A stretch of DNA of 64,000 nt. Origin: a virus. Its lineage: Duplodnaviria > Caudoviricetes. A program made the position numbers and the translations under genes. The stretch is taken from IMG/VR virus record IMGVR_UViG_3300043410_001333, positions 2,170 through 66,169 of that record. One strand, given 5' to 3'. The notes beneath the pieces are model-generated. The model was not told the DNA's origin. It searched no databases and saw only the letters and a list, made by a program, of their open reading frames with translations. Positions 18,891 to 29,390 of the stretch are shown piece by piece; the first letter of the stretch is position 1; every line of letters begins with the position of its first letter.

Positions 18891-21800
18891 ATGGCTGATA
18901 ATCCAGTAGTACAAATACAAAACCTAGGGGCTGCTTCTACACCGCTGACGCCGGATAGCGATCTTATGATCGTGTCGCAGGGAGGCAAGGCCCGCAAGGT
19001 AACTGTAGCCAACTCGTTTCCTATTGCTGAATTTCCGGCGGTTGACGCGGCTGACATAACAGGCGATGAAAACGTTCCGTTTTCGCAAGAAGGGACTGTC
19101 AAGCAATCTACCTTTGCGCTGATTCGCAAGGCCCTTACAGATACATTCAATGTCAAGGACTACGGCTGGCGCGGCAATGTTGAAACGGACATGGCGGCGT
19201 ATCAAGCTTGCGTAGCGGATGCGGAAGCGTTTACGCTGTCAACCGGTATCGGAGCCACTATCATCATGCCTCGTGGCACCAGCATGGTAACGAACGAGTC
19301 GTGGATTCCGATCATCAGCGGCGCCCGCTATATCGGCTATGGTGAAGGTGCTACTATCTTTCAACACAACGACAAGGTATCTTCAACGCGCCGTGAGTTG
19401 TTCCAGTCACGTGATCTTATAACTGAAGCGCAGTATTCTGTTTCCAACGCGCAACTGAACGGTTTCACCTATATCGGCACTATGAACCCGGAAACAGGTG
19501 CTGACCCAAACCCGGATGATCCTACCCAGCCGCTGTTCAGATCCGGATGTTTTCGTATCGTCGCGTCCGACTTGGAAATGATGAACCTAGAAATTCTACT
19601 GAGCGCCTACCGCGGCGGCTTGGTGGAAATGACAGCCGAAGGTCGGTTGCTGCTGCAGAACATCTACATGAATTATACACTGGCAACGGGTATTCGGGTC
19701 AACAATCCAAAGTGGGTGTTTGCACAGAATATTACAGGTGTCAGCACGCGCGATCAGTTCATGGCGTTCTTGACCTTGGACGCGACGCCAGACGTTGACG
19801 CGGACGGCAACACGGTTCCGGTTCCTACCGGTGTATTTTTGAAAGACATTTTTGCCTCCGAGTCCTTTGGTATGGCGATAGGCGCTTTCCGTCAAGTTCA
19901 GATTGACAACTATCAAGCAGATCGTATGACATCATACGGTCTGTTCATGAGCAACTATAACTCGTTTGATAGCACACACGCCGGGCAGTTCGTTGCAGGG
20001 CTGCGCAACATTACTATGACTGATCTGTTGCTGGATTCAACAGTTGGTGACGACGTAACAGGACAGGACGGCTACATCATTCTCGGTGGTTACGGTCCGA
20101 AGGCTCGCACAGAAGACTCTGATGGTAATCCTGTAACCGAAGCAGCACCGTGGCGTTCTCTAGCGGGAGAGTTGAAAACTCCTTGGGAATCGTACTGGAC
20201 CAATGACAACATAGATAACCCGATGAATGATAATCCAGGAAACACGCAGTTTCTTATGGATAACGTGTTTATTGGTCGATACCATCCAGCGGTAAGTTCT
20301 ATTCTGAAATGGGGCTACGGTCCGTATCGTATTCGCATGGGCGATCCGTACGAAGGGCCTATTACTGAAACGGATCTTACGCGCCCTGGTATCCGTGTTC
20401 AAGGATATCTTCGCGATTCCATTTTCAGCAACTGCGTATTCGGCAACGGTGGTGTTGGTATAGATTTCCGTATGACCGGATCTGGTGTGCCTCTATACGC
20501 GGAAAACCGTGTGTGGGAGCGCGTTCAGATTATCAATCCGCTGTCTGTATGGAACCCTTCCGGATTCTTCAAATGCACCACAGCGACATCCATCACCAAC
20601 CAGGACATAACGATCATCAATCCTGTTGTTCGTTGTGATCCGTTTTATACAGCCACAGGGCGCAACACAGACGGTTCGTGGACTTCCGCCGCTACGCTGT
20701 CCGCTTTTGATACTGGTTACTGCAAAGGCATTCAGATAGTTGGTGGTGAAATCAGGGATGTTGCAAAGGTATACTCGTCGCAGGCTGGATGCGAGCCGTT
20801 GTTTCGTGGTGAGATAACCTTGTCTTGCTACCCGTATACCGTGGGTTACGATTCGCATAACCTGGGTATCGGAACCCTACCCGCGGCGGGACCATCCTTC
20901 CGCTATAGGTTCTTTGGTTGTGACCCGTTCGATGACGCGAACTACGACAAGTTCCTGCACGAACAGCCGGTAGAAGCAGCGGATATTCCAGACACGCTTC
21001 AAATGCAGGGGGCGGTTGTATATAACAGTGCGTTCGATCCTGATGCCAATCAGATCATGTGGTGGCGCAAATTAGCTACGAGTGACCAGACCACGGACTG
21101 GTTGTCGTGGAACGCGATTACCGGTGCTGGCAGCGTAAACCCACAGCGACAGTATCTGGATTTCATATCTCGACTTGACCCAGCACCTTCGCCTACGGTT
21201 CAGACGGCCTATGAAAATCTATTTGACTATCTGCAAGCACAAGGCGTTCTTGCCAAGTTGGATGTGCTGCAGGTGTATGTGGCGGAAACAACCCAAGCCG
21301 CTGCGCAGAATCTGGTGAGCAAATCGTATACGGCTACACTGTCCAATGGTGTGTTTACGTCTCTTGCCGGTTATGCTGGTAACGGGACAAACGCCTGGAT
21401 AGACACCGGTTTCAATCCGACAACAGCGCTGTACAAGAAGTTTTCTCGTGACTATGGCGCATTCGGTGTCTTCATCGGTAGCAACTCGCAATCATCAAAA
21501 CAGGACACAGGAACGACTGGCGGCGCTACGTCTACCTACATCATCACCCGCAACGGGTCCAATCTGCTTGAAGGCAAGATCAATGACAATTCTGGATCAC
21601 CGCTGCTGGCCGCTACAGGCATAACAACGTCTATCGGTCTTTCGTCCATGTCGCGCACAGGCAGCACGCGTAACATCTACAAAAACGGTGTTTTGCAGAA
21701 TTCCGATACCGATGCGTCGGACGGTCTTCCTACTACTGACCTTGCTGTTCTGCGTCACGGAACAAACTATTCGGCTAAGACAGCTTATGCTTGGTATGTA

Positions 21801-21902
21801 GGCGGCGGTACGGCTGATGAACCTTGGGACGCCGCGGACGAAGCCGCACTTAACACTGGACTTCGGACCTATTTTGCGGCAGTAGGACTTGTTGTTCCCT
21901 AA
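18891..21902 (+). CDS. tailspike/depolymerase (beta-helix) with C-terminal lectin-like domain
   Basis: FNVKDYG..G...D..A..A..IIMPRG beta-helix cap motif; 1003 aa. Confidence 0.75.
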   Translation: MADNPVVQIQNLGAASTPLTPDSDLMIVSQGGKARKVTVANSFPIAEFPAVDAADITGDENVPFSQEGTVKQSTFALIRKALTDTFNVKDYGWRGNVETDMAAYQACVADAEAFTLSTGIGATIIMPRGTSMVTNESWIPIISGARYIGYGEGATIFQHNDKVSSTRRELFQSRDLITEAQYSVSNAQLNGFTYIGTMNPETGADPNPDDPTQPLFRSGCFRIVASDLEMMNLEILLSAYRGGLVEMTAEGRLLLQNIYMNYTLATGIRVNNPKWVFAQNITGVSTRDQFMAFLTLDATPDVDADGNTVPVPTGVFLKDIFASESFGMAIGAFRQVQIDNYQADRMTSYGLFMSNYNSFDSTHAGQFVAGLRNITMTDLLLDSTVGDDVTGQDGYIILGGYGPKARTEDSDGNPVTEAAPWRSLAGELKTPWESYWTNDNIDNPMNDNPGNTQFLMDNVFIGRYHPAVSSILKWGYGPYRIRMGDPYEGPITETDLTRPGIRVQGYLRDSIFSNCVFGNGGVGIDFRMTGSGVPLYAENRVWERVQIINPLSVWNPSGFFKCTTATSITNQDITIINPVVRCDPFYTATGRNTDGSWTSAATLSAFDTGYCKGIQIVGGEIRDVAKVYSSQAGCEPLFRGEITLSCYPYTVGYDSHNLGIGTLPAAGPSFRYRFFGCDPFDDANYDKFLHEQPVEAADIPDTLQMQGAVVYNSAFDPDANQIMWWRKLATSDQTTDWLSWNAITGAGSVNPQRQYLDFISRLDPAPSPTVQTAYENLFDYLQAQGVLAKLDVLQVYVAETTQAAAQNLVSKSYTATLSNGVFTSLAGYAGNGTNAWIDTGFNPTTALYKKFSRDYGAFGVFIGSNSQSSKQDTGTTGGATSTYIITRNGSNLLEGKINDNSGSPLLAATGITTSIGLSSMSRTGSTRNIYKNGVLQNSDTDASDGLPTTDLAVLRHGTNYSAKTAYAWYVGGGTADEPWDAADEAALNTGLRTYFAAVGLVVP

Positions 21903-21916
21903 CATTGGAGTTTTGT

Positions 21917-22099
21917 ATGACCCCCGAAATCGCCCGCGCCACATTGCAGTTTCTGCAGCGTTGTTCTCTTATGCCGAACGAACGGCAGGTGTTCAACGAA
22001 GTAGAACAGGCACTTGTAGCTGTGGCGCAAAGCGCTGTCGTAATGACGGCACCTAACCCGATGGCAGCCCCCGCTGCTGATCCTAACATGACAGACTGA
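21917..22099 (+). CDS. small hypothetical protein (possible fibre chaperone)
   Basis: GGAG RBS before ATG 21917. Confidence 0.55.
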   Translation: MTPEIARATLQFLQRCSLMPNERQVFNEVEQALVAVAQSAVVMTAPNPMAAPAADPNMTD

Positions 22100-22104
22100 T
22101 ACTC

Positions 22105-22767
22105 ATGGCGACAAACACTACGTTTTCAAGCCTAAAGACGGATATCGCCAACTATATCGAGCGCGGCGGCAGTCTGACGACTGACGCAACTGTCTATGAA
22201 CAGATACCGCGTTTTATCAATATGGCTGAACGTATTTTGATTGAGGACTTGAAGTTGCTGGGAACCATTGAAGTTCTCAGCAACGCGCCCGTAGGTTTGT
22301 CGGAAGGAGTATCGGTTTACGCCAAGCCGGACCGTTGGCGTCAAACGGTATCTATGAACGTTGGGACAGGAACATACAAGAACAAACGTATTTTCCTGTT
22401 TCCACGTTCGTATGAATACGCACGTACTTATTGGCCTGATTCCACTTTGACAGATGTTCCGAGGTGGTATTCGGATTACGATTATTCGCACTGGATCATA
22501 ACTCCCACACCGGACGATAACTATCCGTGGGAAATTTTGTGTTACATGCAACCACCGTTGCTGGATGATGTAAACCAGACCAATTTCTGGACCGATTACA
22601 CCCCAGCAGCTTTGTTGTTCGGTTCACTTTTGCAGGCTACTCCTTTCCTGGGCGAAGACGCGCGCATATCCGTATGGGGCGCTGCATACCAAAAGGAAGT
22701 GGAAGCCCTTAGCGCACAAGATTTACAGCGACAACTTGACAGAAGCACTGCTAGAACGCGTGTTTGA
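22105..22767 (+). CDS. tail adaptor/connector protein (putative)
   Basis: LKTDIANYIER..IPRFINMAE..PTPD..LLFGSLLQA pattern of phage adaptor proteins. Confidence 0.65.
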   Translation: MATNTTFSSLKTDIANYIERGGSLTTDATVYEQIPRFINMAERILIEDLKLLGTIEVLSNAPVGLSEGVSVYAKPDRWRQTVSMNVGTGTYKNKRIFLFPRSYEYARTYWPDSTLTDVPRWYSDYDYSHWIITPTPDDNYPWEILCYMQPPLLDDVNQTNFWTDYTPAALLFGSLLQATPFLGEDARISVWGAAYQKEVEALSAQDLQRQLDRSTARTRV

Positions 22768-22782
22768 TAGAGGATAAATTAT

Positions 22783-24627
22783 ATGTCGGGTTCATCGTTC
22801 ACTAATATATTTGGAGGTACAACAGTCAGTCCTTCCAACCCGTCGTATCTGGCTCTAGCGCTGTCCGCCAACACGCAACTCTACTGGCCGTTGGAGACAA
22901 CGGAAAGCGTGCCTATCGTTGCGTCACAGATTGACGTAACACCGACGACAACCGGCTTGGCTGTCCTGATGCCTCCTGCCGATACCGGCTCTACCGGCAT
23001 AGCGACGATCATCACGAACGTCGGGGCTAGCACTTTCACGGTAAAGGACAGCACGGGCGTTGCTATCGCCACGGTAGATACAACCGAATCGTGGATTATT
23101 ACACTTACCGATAACACCACAGCGGCTGGTGTGTGGCGCGGCTATCAGTTGGCCAGCACAGCATCGTCTGCTGTGGCTGCGGATCTTGCTGGGGCTGGGC
23201 TACAGGCAGACGGAACACGTCTGCGTACCTATATGCCGCAGGTTTCGCTGAACGTAAATACAAATATCGGAGCGTCCTATCGCGCCAAGTCCATTGTTTG
23301 GACAGGCGGCGTTGGTACATTGCAACTGGCCGATATCGCTGTTTTGGGTGATGGATGGTATTGTGGTGTTGTGAACAACGGCACAGATGCACTTGTAATT
23401 ACAACAACGTCCAGCCAGCAGATAAACAACGACACGTCCCTTATCATGAACCCTGGTAACTCGGGGATCATTGTCGCGGGTCCTGTGCGATTCAATACGC
23501 TTGGCGTTTTGATCGGTCCTCTCGCGGTGGAAAACGGCGGGACAGGCGCCGATACGGCGAACCAAGCATTGACCAATCTTGGCGGCACAACCATCGGCAA
23601 GACGATCTTTACCGCGCCTAGCGCAGCCGCTGTTCGTGCTGCTATAGGTGTGTCAGCCGCGTTTACTGAACTTACCCTTGGCACAAGCACAGTGTTGACC
23701 GCAGGAAACGCTGGCGACGTTATAATTTGTACGTCAGGTATTGTTCTTACACTTCCTCTTACTTCTTCTGTGAACACTAATTTTGTAATACAAGTTAAAG
23801 CATCTAACGGAAACGTAACTGTAACACCAAACGGCGCGGATTCTATCAATGGTGGTAGTGTTGGAGTCGGCGTAACTGTACCTAATCTATCTAGCGCCCT
23901 GTTTACTACAGATGCGTCTGGAAAATGGTGGACCCTTTATGGTCCGGCTGTATCTGCTACCACTATTACAACTACAGGCTCCGCCGCTGTCGGAGGGTCG
24001 CTTGATGTAACAGGAACAGCGGCTGTTGGCGGCACGTTGACGGTAACGGGAAATGCCAGCGCAGCGAATTTTAACACAGCAGGCACCGTCGCGGCGACCG
24101 GCACTGTTACTGGCGGAAATATAAACACAGGTGGCACCGTAAACGCCACAGGTGCCATAACGGGTGGCGCGTTCAATACGTCTGGTACGCTTAACGTAGG
24201 TGGCGCCGCTGCTGTTGGTGCTATAAACGTAACTACAACTGCGAATATATCCGGTCTTGCTTCGGTCGGCAGCCTCAATACGACGGGAACGGTAGCAGCG
24301 TCCGGCGTCATCACCGCCGCAAATGGAACTGCTACCAATCAGGTTGTGAACTTTGCGCAGTTCAACCCTTCCGCTGCTACGAACGGTTATATTAAACTTC
24401 CCGGCGGTGTTACGTTTCAGTGGGGCAAAGTAGAACAATCGTCGTTGACGGTAGCCGTGTCATTTCCCGTAGCGTTCAGCGGAACGGCGTATTCTGTTAC
24501 TATGGGAGGCGGCGACGAAGGTTATTCGTGGGCGCCTAAGAGCATCACATCCAGTGGCTTTAACAGCGTGGCTGGTACTTTCTCCCCTGGTCTGTATGCG
24601 TATTGGCACGCGGTAGGACCGACGTAA
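22783..24627 (+). CDS. tail fibre protein
   Basis: LAVENGGTGA motif, Gly/Thr repeats, C-terminal NGYIKLPGGVTFQWG..FPVAF (gp53-like) domain. Confidence 0.8.
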   Translation: MSGSSFTNIFGGTTVSPSNPSYLALALSANTQLYWPLETTESVPIVASQIDVTPTTTGLAVLMPPADTGSTGIATIITNVGASTFTVKDSTGVAIATVDTTESWIITLTDNTTAAGVWRGYQLASTASSAVAADLAGAGLQADGTRLRTYMPQVSLNVNTNIGASYRAKSIVWTGGVGTLQLADIAVLGDGWYCGVVNNGTDALVITTTSSQQINNDTSLIMNPGNSGIIVAGPVRFNTLGVLIGPLAVENGGTGADTANQALTNLGGTTIGKTIFTAPSAAAVRAAIGVSAAFTELTLGTSTVLTAGNAGDVIICTSGIVLTLPLTSSVNTNFVIQVKASNGNVTVTPNGADSINGGSVGVGVTVPNLSSALFTTDASGKWWTLYGPAVSATTITTTGSAAVGGSLDVTGTAAVGGTLTVTGNASAANFNTAGTVAATGTVTGGNINTGGTVNATGAITGGAFNTSGTLNVGGAAAVGAINVTTTANISGLASVGSLNTTGTVAASGVITAANGTATNQVVNFAQFNPSAATNGYIKLPGGVTFQWGKVEQSSLTVAVSFPVAFSGTAYSVTMGGGDEGYSWAPKSITSSGFNSVAGTFSPGLYAYWHAVGPT

Positions 24628-24628
24628 T

Positions 24629-26206
24629 ATGACATCTGCAACTCCGTTTGCTTTCAATTTCAAGCCGGGTATCGCTCGCGACGGCACGACGTTTGACAGC
24701 GATCAGTACGCTGATGGTCTGTGGTGTCGCTGGCGTCTAGGGCGTCCGCGCAAGATGCGCGGATACAAACAGATCACCGATCAGTTGCTAGGCACCCCTC
24801 GGCGCATCCATTGCTTCTACCAGAACGGTCAGGTTATCTCGCATATTGGAAGTGTCAACGGTATTCAGCAGGTTGTGTTCAACCACCAAACCGGTGCGCT
24901 GATAAGCATCGCTGACAGAACACCCTCTAATTTCACGGCGGGTAGCAACATCGGGTTCACGATGGACGCTATATTTGACACAACAAGCAACGTTGTGCAG
25001 TTAGTTGTACATTTCGTTCCTGACATGGGGTCTATTGCCACTGACACGACAACCACACCGGTTATCGGTCAGATCGATAGCACAACGCCGCTGGCGGAAT
25101 TTTCCGACCCGTCGCCTTCAGATGGTGTGTGGACGCAGCCTAGCATATCCGGTGGTATTGTCTGCGTGCAGCCCTATGTGTTTGACTTTGACTCGTATGG
25201 TCTGGTGCAATGGAGCGCGCCGAACCTGCCGCTGTATCTAGGTGTGACCGGCGGTACGAGTGGAGCGGGTCAAGCCCGCATATCCGCGCAGAAGATCGTG
25301 GCAGGCGCTCCGTTGCGCGGCGGTGGCGCGCAGTCCCCCGCGGCTTTGTTCTGGTCGCTGTCCGAAGTTATCACGGCTAGTTTTGTAGGATCGGCAAACG
25401 GAACGTTTCGTTTTACGACGGTATCTCCATCCTCGTCCATTTTGTCCAGTCGCGCGGTCATTGAATACGATGGTCTTTATTTTTGGGTTGGTATTGATCG
25501 TTTTCTGGTGTTCAACGGCACTGTAACCGAAGTTCCCAATCCTACAAACCTTGATTGGTTTTTCAATAATCTGACGCCGAACTACGAAGATCGTGTGTTC
25601 GCGTTCAAGGTTCCGCGCTACGGGGAAATTTGGTGGTGCGCGCCGATGTTCGGATCTACTGAACCAAACTATGCGGTGATCTACAACACCCGAGACAACG
25701 TGTGGTACGACACCAAACTGCCTAACGGTGGCCGCGGAGCGGCTTATCCCGCACAGGGTTTTCATTATCCGATTATGGGCGGCCTGGCCGACGAAACCAA
25801 GTATCGTTTGTGGATGCACGAATTCGGTGTTGACGAAATAAGAGGCACTGAAACACGCGCTATCCGCAGTTATTTTGATACAGGATTGTTTGGCGGCATC
25901 AAGAATGATCCTCCTGACAACCAAGGTCTGAATTTTCGGACTATTTCTCCGGATATTGAACAGTCTGGCGATATGAACGTGTATCTGATCGGTCAAGCGG
26001 CTGCCAGGGCGCCAGAAGAAACGACAGGTCCGGTGCTGTTACCCGAAATCGCAGCGTCGCCGCAAGAACGCCAGATTTCGTTCACGCCCAAGACGCCTAT
26101 GCAGTTGGCGCGAGTGCGGTTTGAATCCAATGTTACCGGGGGTGATTACGTTGTTGGCCGCAACATCGGACGTGCGCAGCCGGGCAGCACACGAGTAACA
26201 ACATGA
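24629..26206 (+). CDS. tail nozzle/stabilisation protein (P22 gp10/T7 gp12-like, putative)
   Basis: 525 aa, aromatic beta-propeller-like; PRKMRGY and EIWW motifs; located before the ejection genes. Confidence 0.6.
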   Translation: MTSATPFAFNFKPGIARDGTTFDSDQYADGLWCRWRLGRPRKMRGYKQITDQLLGTPRRIHCFYQNGQVISHIGSVNGIQQVVFNHQTGALISIADRTPSNFTAGSNIGFTMDAIFDTTSNVVQLVVHFVPDMGSIATDTTTTPVIGQIDSTTPLAEFSDPSPSDGVWTQPSISGGIVCVQPYVFDFDSYGLVQWSAPNLPLYLGVTGGTSGAGQARISAQKIVAGAPLRGGGAQSPAALFWSLSEVITASFVGSANGTFRFTTVSPSSSILSSRAVIEYDGLYFWVGIDRFLVFNGTVTEVPNPTNLDWFFNNLTPNYEDRVFAFKVPRYGEIWWCAPMFGSTEPNYAVIYNTRDNVWYDTKLPNGGRGAAYPAQGFHYPIMGGLADETKYRLWMHEFGVDEIRGTETRAIRSYFDTGLFGGIKNDPPDNQGLNFRTISPDIEQSGDMNVYLIGQAAARAPEETTGPVLLPEIAASPQERQISFTPKTPMQLARVRFESNVTGGDYVVGRNIGRAQPGSTRVTT

Positions 26207-26445
26207 TCCCTGTTGATCCACGTTTTATGTCGGCTGTTAGTTGGGCGGATATGACGATAACGGTGTTGCTGGACGAAGCACCTATTCCACGGCTTATGAG
26301 TGAGGAAAAGTGGAAAGACTGGGCGGCCTACGTTATTTTGACACCTGATATCGCCGCGCTGAAACCAGCCCAGCCACAGAATTATGCTAACTGGTATGAC
26401 TGGGCAGCAGCGTTCAACGAAACATTAAGGCTTATCGCAAACTAA
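26203..26445 (+). CDS. hypothetical protein
   Basis: 80 aa, Trp-rich, ATGA-coupled to the upstream gene. Confidence 0.6.
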   Translation: MIPVDPRFMSAVSWADMTITVLLDEAPIPRLMSEEKWKDWAAYVILTPDIAALKPAQPQNYANWYDWAAAFNETLRLIAN

Positions 26446-26555
26446 TCGTTTACAAAAGACACACGTTTATACTATAGTATAATTACTGCGCGTGGTCCTT
26501 GACGACCGGCGGATGCTTAGTGTTTGCGTCCAGCCGCGAACGGAAAGGAAACCAC

Positions 26556-26684
26556 ATGCGTTCATCAGATTTTGGCTTGATTACCAGCCCCGCGATGATC
26601 GGGAAGTCAAAGCCCAAGCCAACGACCAAGCCATCTTCAAAACCGGTAAAGTCCGGCGGTAAAAAGTCCGGAAAGGGCCGATAA
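26556..26684 (+). CDS. small Lys-rich peptide (42 aa)
   Basis: AAAGGA RBS before ATG 26556; TAATG overlap with the next gene. Confidence 0.5.
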   Translation: MRSSDFGLITSPAMIGKSKPKPTTKPSSKPVKSGGKKSGKGR

Positions 26685-28564
26685 TGGCTATGTTTGATCC
26701 AAACGATCTGGTTCCTATTGACAATTCGCAATACGAGTTGAAGAACTGGACTGACGTAAAGTCCGACGAAGTTCCCGATTATGTCAAGCAGGCCATCGCA
26801 CGCGGCAACTATCCCGGCCTTGGTCTGACGCCCGAACTGTTGAAAAATGTCCAGTACGGAACATGGGACCTTAACGGTCAGAAGAATTACGGATTCAAGG
26901 TAAACCCTGACAACCGCGTCGAATATACCAGTGACAACGGCTACAAGGGTTACATGGATAAGGCCGGGAACATTCTCGGCAACACGCAGTTCAACACGTT
27001 TGGTGTTCCGCTGCCATGGACCGACGACGCTTGGCAGAATGCCAGTCGTTCTGATTACCTGCGTCCGGCTTTTGCTGGGCAGACTACCACGAACACAGCC
27101 GAGGGCGCACCGGCCTATGATGTTACGAACGGCATGGTATCGCCATCCGCGGCTATGGTGGATTATGCGACCCGTGCCAAGAAAGCCGCTGACATCGCAG
27201 GCAAGGTCAGTCCTTTGGCGTACCTTGCGCCGCTGTTCCCGCTTGCTGTCGGTCTAGGCGCAGGTGCGCTTGGCGGCGTAGGGATTGGTGGTGCCGGGGC
27301 TGGCGCGGGTGCAGGTGCGCTGGAAGGCGCTACGATGGGTGCCGGTGGCGGCGCTGCAGGACTAGGCGCGGGCACAACGGCGGCTGAACTATCAGGACCG
27401 TTGACGATCCTTTCGTCGGTATCGGAACCTGCCGCTGCTGGTGGGGGGTTGGGTGCTGTTGGTATCGGGTCCGACGCGATAGCCGCCCCCGCAGCTATCG
27501 GAAGCGGCGCACCTTTAGCCGCGGGGGGCGCAGGAAGTGTTGTTCCGGCTGCTATTCCTGCGCTCCCTTCGTCGGGTTTTCTAGGCGGCATCAACAGTGC
27601 CATCGCCAGCGGTATTGAAAGTGCTTTGACGCCGATTGTAGGCGCAGATACGGCTGTCAATATTGCTCCTATCGCGTCAAAGGCCGTTCTAGGTGCTGTA
27701 ACTAGCGGCGCTCTATCCGGTATCACAGGCGGTAATCCGCTGACAGGAGCCTTGACCGGCGCTGTTACCGGCGGCGCTTTGGGTGCTTTTGGCGGTGCTG
27801 GCGGTCCTCTGGCGTCGGCGCTGGACATCGCACCGAAGTACGCCGACATGTTGATCGGCGGCGCGACAGGTGGTCTAGGCGCTCTTGCCACCAAGCAGAA
27901 CCCTTTGATCGGGGCGTTGGGTGGCGTCGCGGCTGGCTATGCTAATGACGCCATGGGCAATACTACCCCGACAGATCCGACCGCCGCAACAGCGGCTGGG
28001 GGTGCGGGCGGCATCAAGGGCGGTATCAACGGCACGTCTCTTGCATTAGGCGCATTGGCCGCTGCGGCGTCCGCTATGGGTAACAAGAAGACAACGGCGC
28101 CGACAGGAACCACAACGACAAGTGGGGCAACGCCTGGACCGGAGTCTGTTTCTGGAACGCTTGGTCCTTACTTCAACAAGTCTCTGACAACTGTTGCACC
28201 GACGCGTGTAGCGCTAAATCCGTTTAGCGGCGGGGTTCCGAATTACTGGACCTATGGTGGACCGGAACAGACGTATTTCAGCGGGAACTCGCTTCGTTCG
28301 CTGGGTTATGCACAAGGTGGTTCGATTGACGGGGCGCCTACGGATGACGGTCGAGAGTTCTCTACGGACTACGGTGATACGCATGTTCGCGGACCTGGAA
28401 CGGGAACGTCTGACTCGATAGCAGCACGTCTGTCGGACGGGGAGTTTGTTCTACGCGCACGCGATGTGACCGCCGCCGGGGGCGGCGATAATGAGAAAGG
28501 CGCAGCTAAACTGGATCGTTTGATGCGCAGTGGCGCTTTGTCGCGGATGATCCGTGATGCTTAG
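26684..28564 (+). CDS. ejection/DNA-transfer protein with Gly/Ala hydrophobic region
   Basis: Glycine-zipper segments; C-terminal YAQGG..GPGTGTSDSI.ARLSDGEFV motif. Confidence 0.65.
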   Translation: MAMFDPNDLVPIDNSQYELKNWTDVKSDEVPDYVKQAIARGNYPGLGLTPELLKNVQYGTWDLNGQKNYGFKVNPDNRVEYTSDNGYKGYMDKAGNILGNTQFNTFGVPLPWTDDAWQNASRSDYLRPAFAGQTTTNTAEGAPAYDVTNGMVSPSAAMVDYATRAKKAADIAGKVSPLAYLAPLFPLAVGLGAGALGGVGIGGAGAGAGAGALEGATMGAGGGAAGLGAGTTAAELSGPLTILSSVSEPAAAGGGLGAVGIGSDAIAAPAAIGSGAPLAAGGAGSVVPAAIPALPSSGFLGGINSAIASGIESALTPIVGADTAVNIAPIASKAVLGAVTSGALSGITGGNPLTGALTGAVTGGALGAFGGAGGPLASALDIAPKYADMLIGGATGGLGALATKQNPLIGALGGVAAGYANDAMGNTTPTDPTAATAAGGAGGIKGGINGTSLALGALAAAASAMGNKKTTAPTGTTTTSGATPGPESVSGTLGPYFNKSLTTVAPTRVALNPFSGGVPNYWTYGGPEQTYFSGNSLRSLGYAQGGSIDGAPTDDGREFSTDYGDTHVRGPGTGTSDSIAARLSDGEFVLRARDVTAAGGGDNEKGAAKLDRLMRSGALSRMIRDA

Positions 28565-28643
28565 AGAAACAACATATGACGGACACAACGGCTGCAACGA
28601 ACAGCCGTTGGTCCTAACCTATCATCAAGACGAGGACTTGACT

Positions 28644-29390
28644 ATGGCTGACGACATTATAGAGACGCCTGTGTTTGTTTACAAGATTACATGCACGGTG
28701 AACGGAAAGGCTTATATAGGCATAACAAAAGGGTCCGTTGATAAGCGATGGAAATCTCATGTTAATGCTTCTAAAAGAAAAAATACAAAAAATAAAAAAC
28801 TATTTCAACACGCCATAGCTAAACACGGGGCGGATAAGTTTAAAATAGAAGTTATATACGAAGCAGTAAATAATGAAGAAGCGGCTGTAGTAGAACGTGC
28901 TGTTATAGCCGCGCATAATACATTTGTTCCTTTGGGCTATAATTTGTCTACCGGCGGTGAGTTTAGGAAATTTGTTAAACGTTCTAAGATAAGCAGACAA
29001 AAGTTAAGCGCTGCAAAAACAGGTGTTAAGCTTTCTGACGAAACAAGGCGCAACATGTCTGCTTCTAAAAAAGGAGTTCCTTGGACTGACGCTCAGCGTG
29101 AGTCTATAACGGCAACGCAGCAGACACCCGAATATCGCGAAAAAATGCGTGCTGCGAACGCCAAAAGAGGGAAACAGATTTACACTGATGAAACACGAAA
29201 AAGCATAAGCGAAAGTGTAAAAGCGTACCATAATCTTCCAGGTGTTAAAGAAAAACAAAGCGCTAGCGCTAAAAAAAGACTAGAAAATCCAGAACTAAGA
29301 GAAAAAATTTCTCAAGGTTTAAAAGAGTATAACGCTGCTAAACGCGCGGAAAAAGCGCTAGACCTAATTAGACAAGGATACGTTCTATGA
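28644..29390 (+). CDS. free-standing GIY-YIG homing endonuclease with NUMOD3-like repeats
   Basis: VYKITCTVNGKAYIGIT..RW..H..GYNL; S.ETR..MS repeats; GAGGA RBS before ATG 28644; AT-rich. Confidence 0.9.
   Translation: MADDIIETPVFVYKITCTVNGKAYIGITKGSVDKRWKSHVNASKRKNTKNKKLFQHAIAKHGADKFKIEVIYEAVNNEEAAVVERAVIAAHNTFVPLGYNLSTGGEFRKFVKRSKISRQKLSAAKTGVKLSDETRRNMSASKKGVPWTDAQRESITATQQTPEYREKMRAANAKRGKQIYTDETRKSISESVKAYHNLPGVKEKQSASAKKRLENPELREKISQGLKEYNAAKRAEKALDLIRQGYVL

Noticed and set aside
23940-24340. Repetitive Gly/Thr/Ala sequence as a DGR or tandem DNA repeat
   Set aside because: Repeats are at protein level with diverged codons; no reverse transcriptase or template/variable repeat pair seen.
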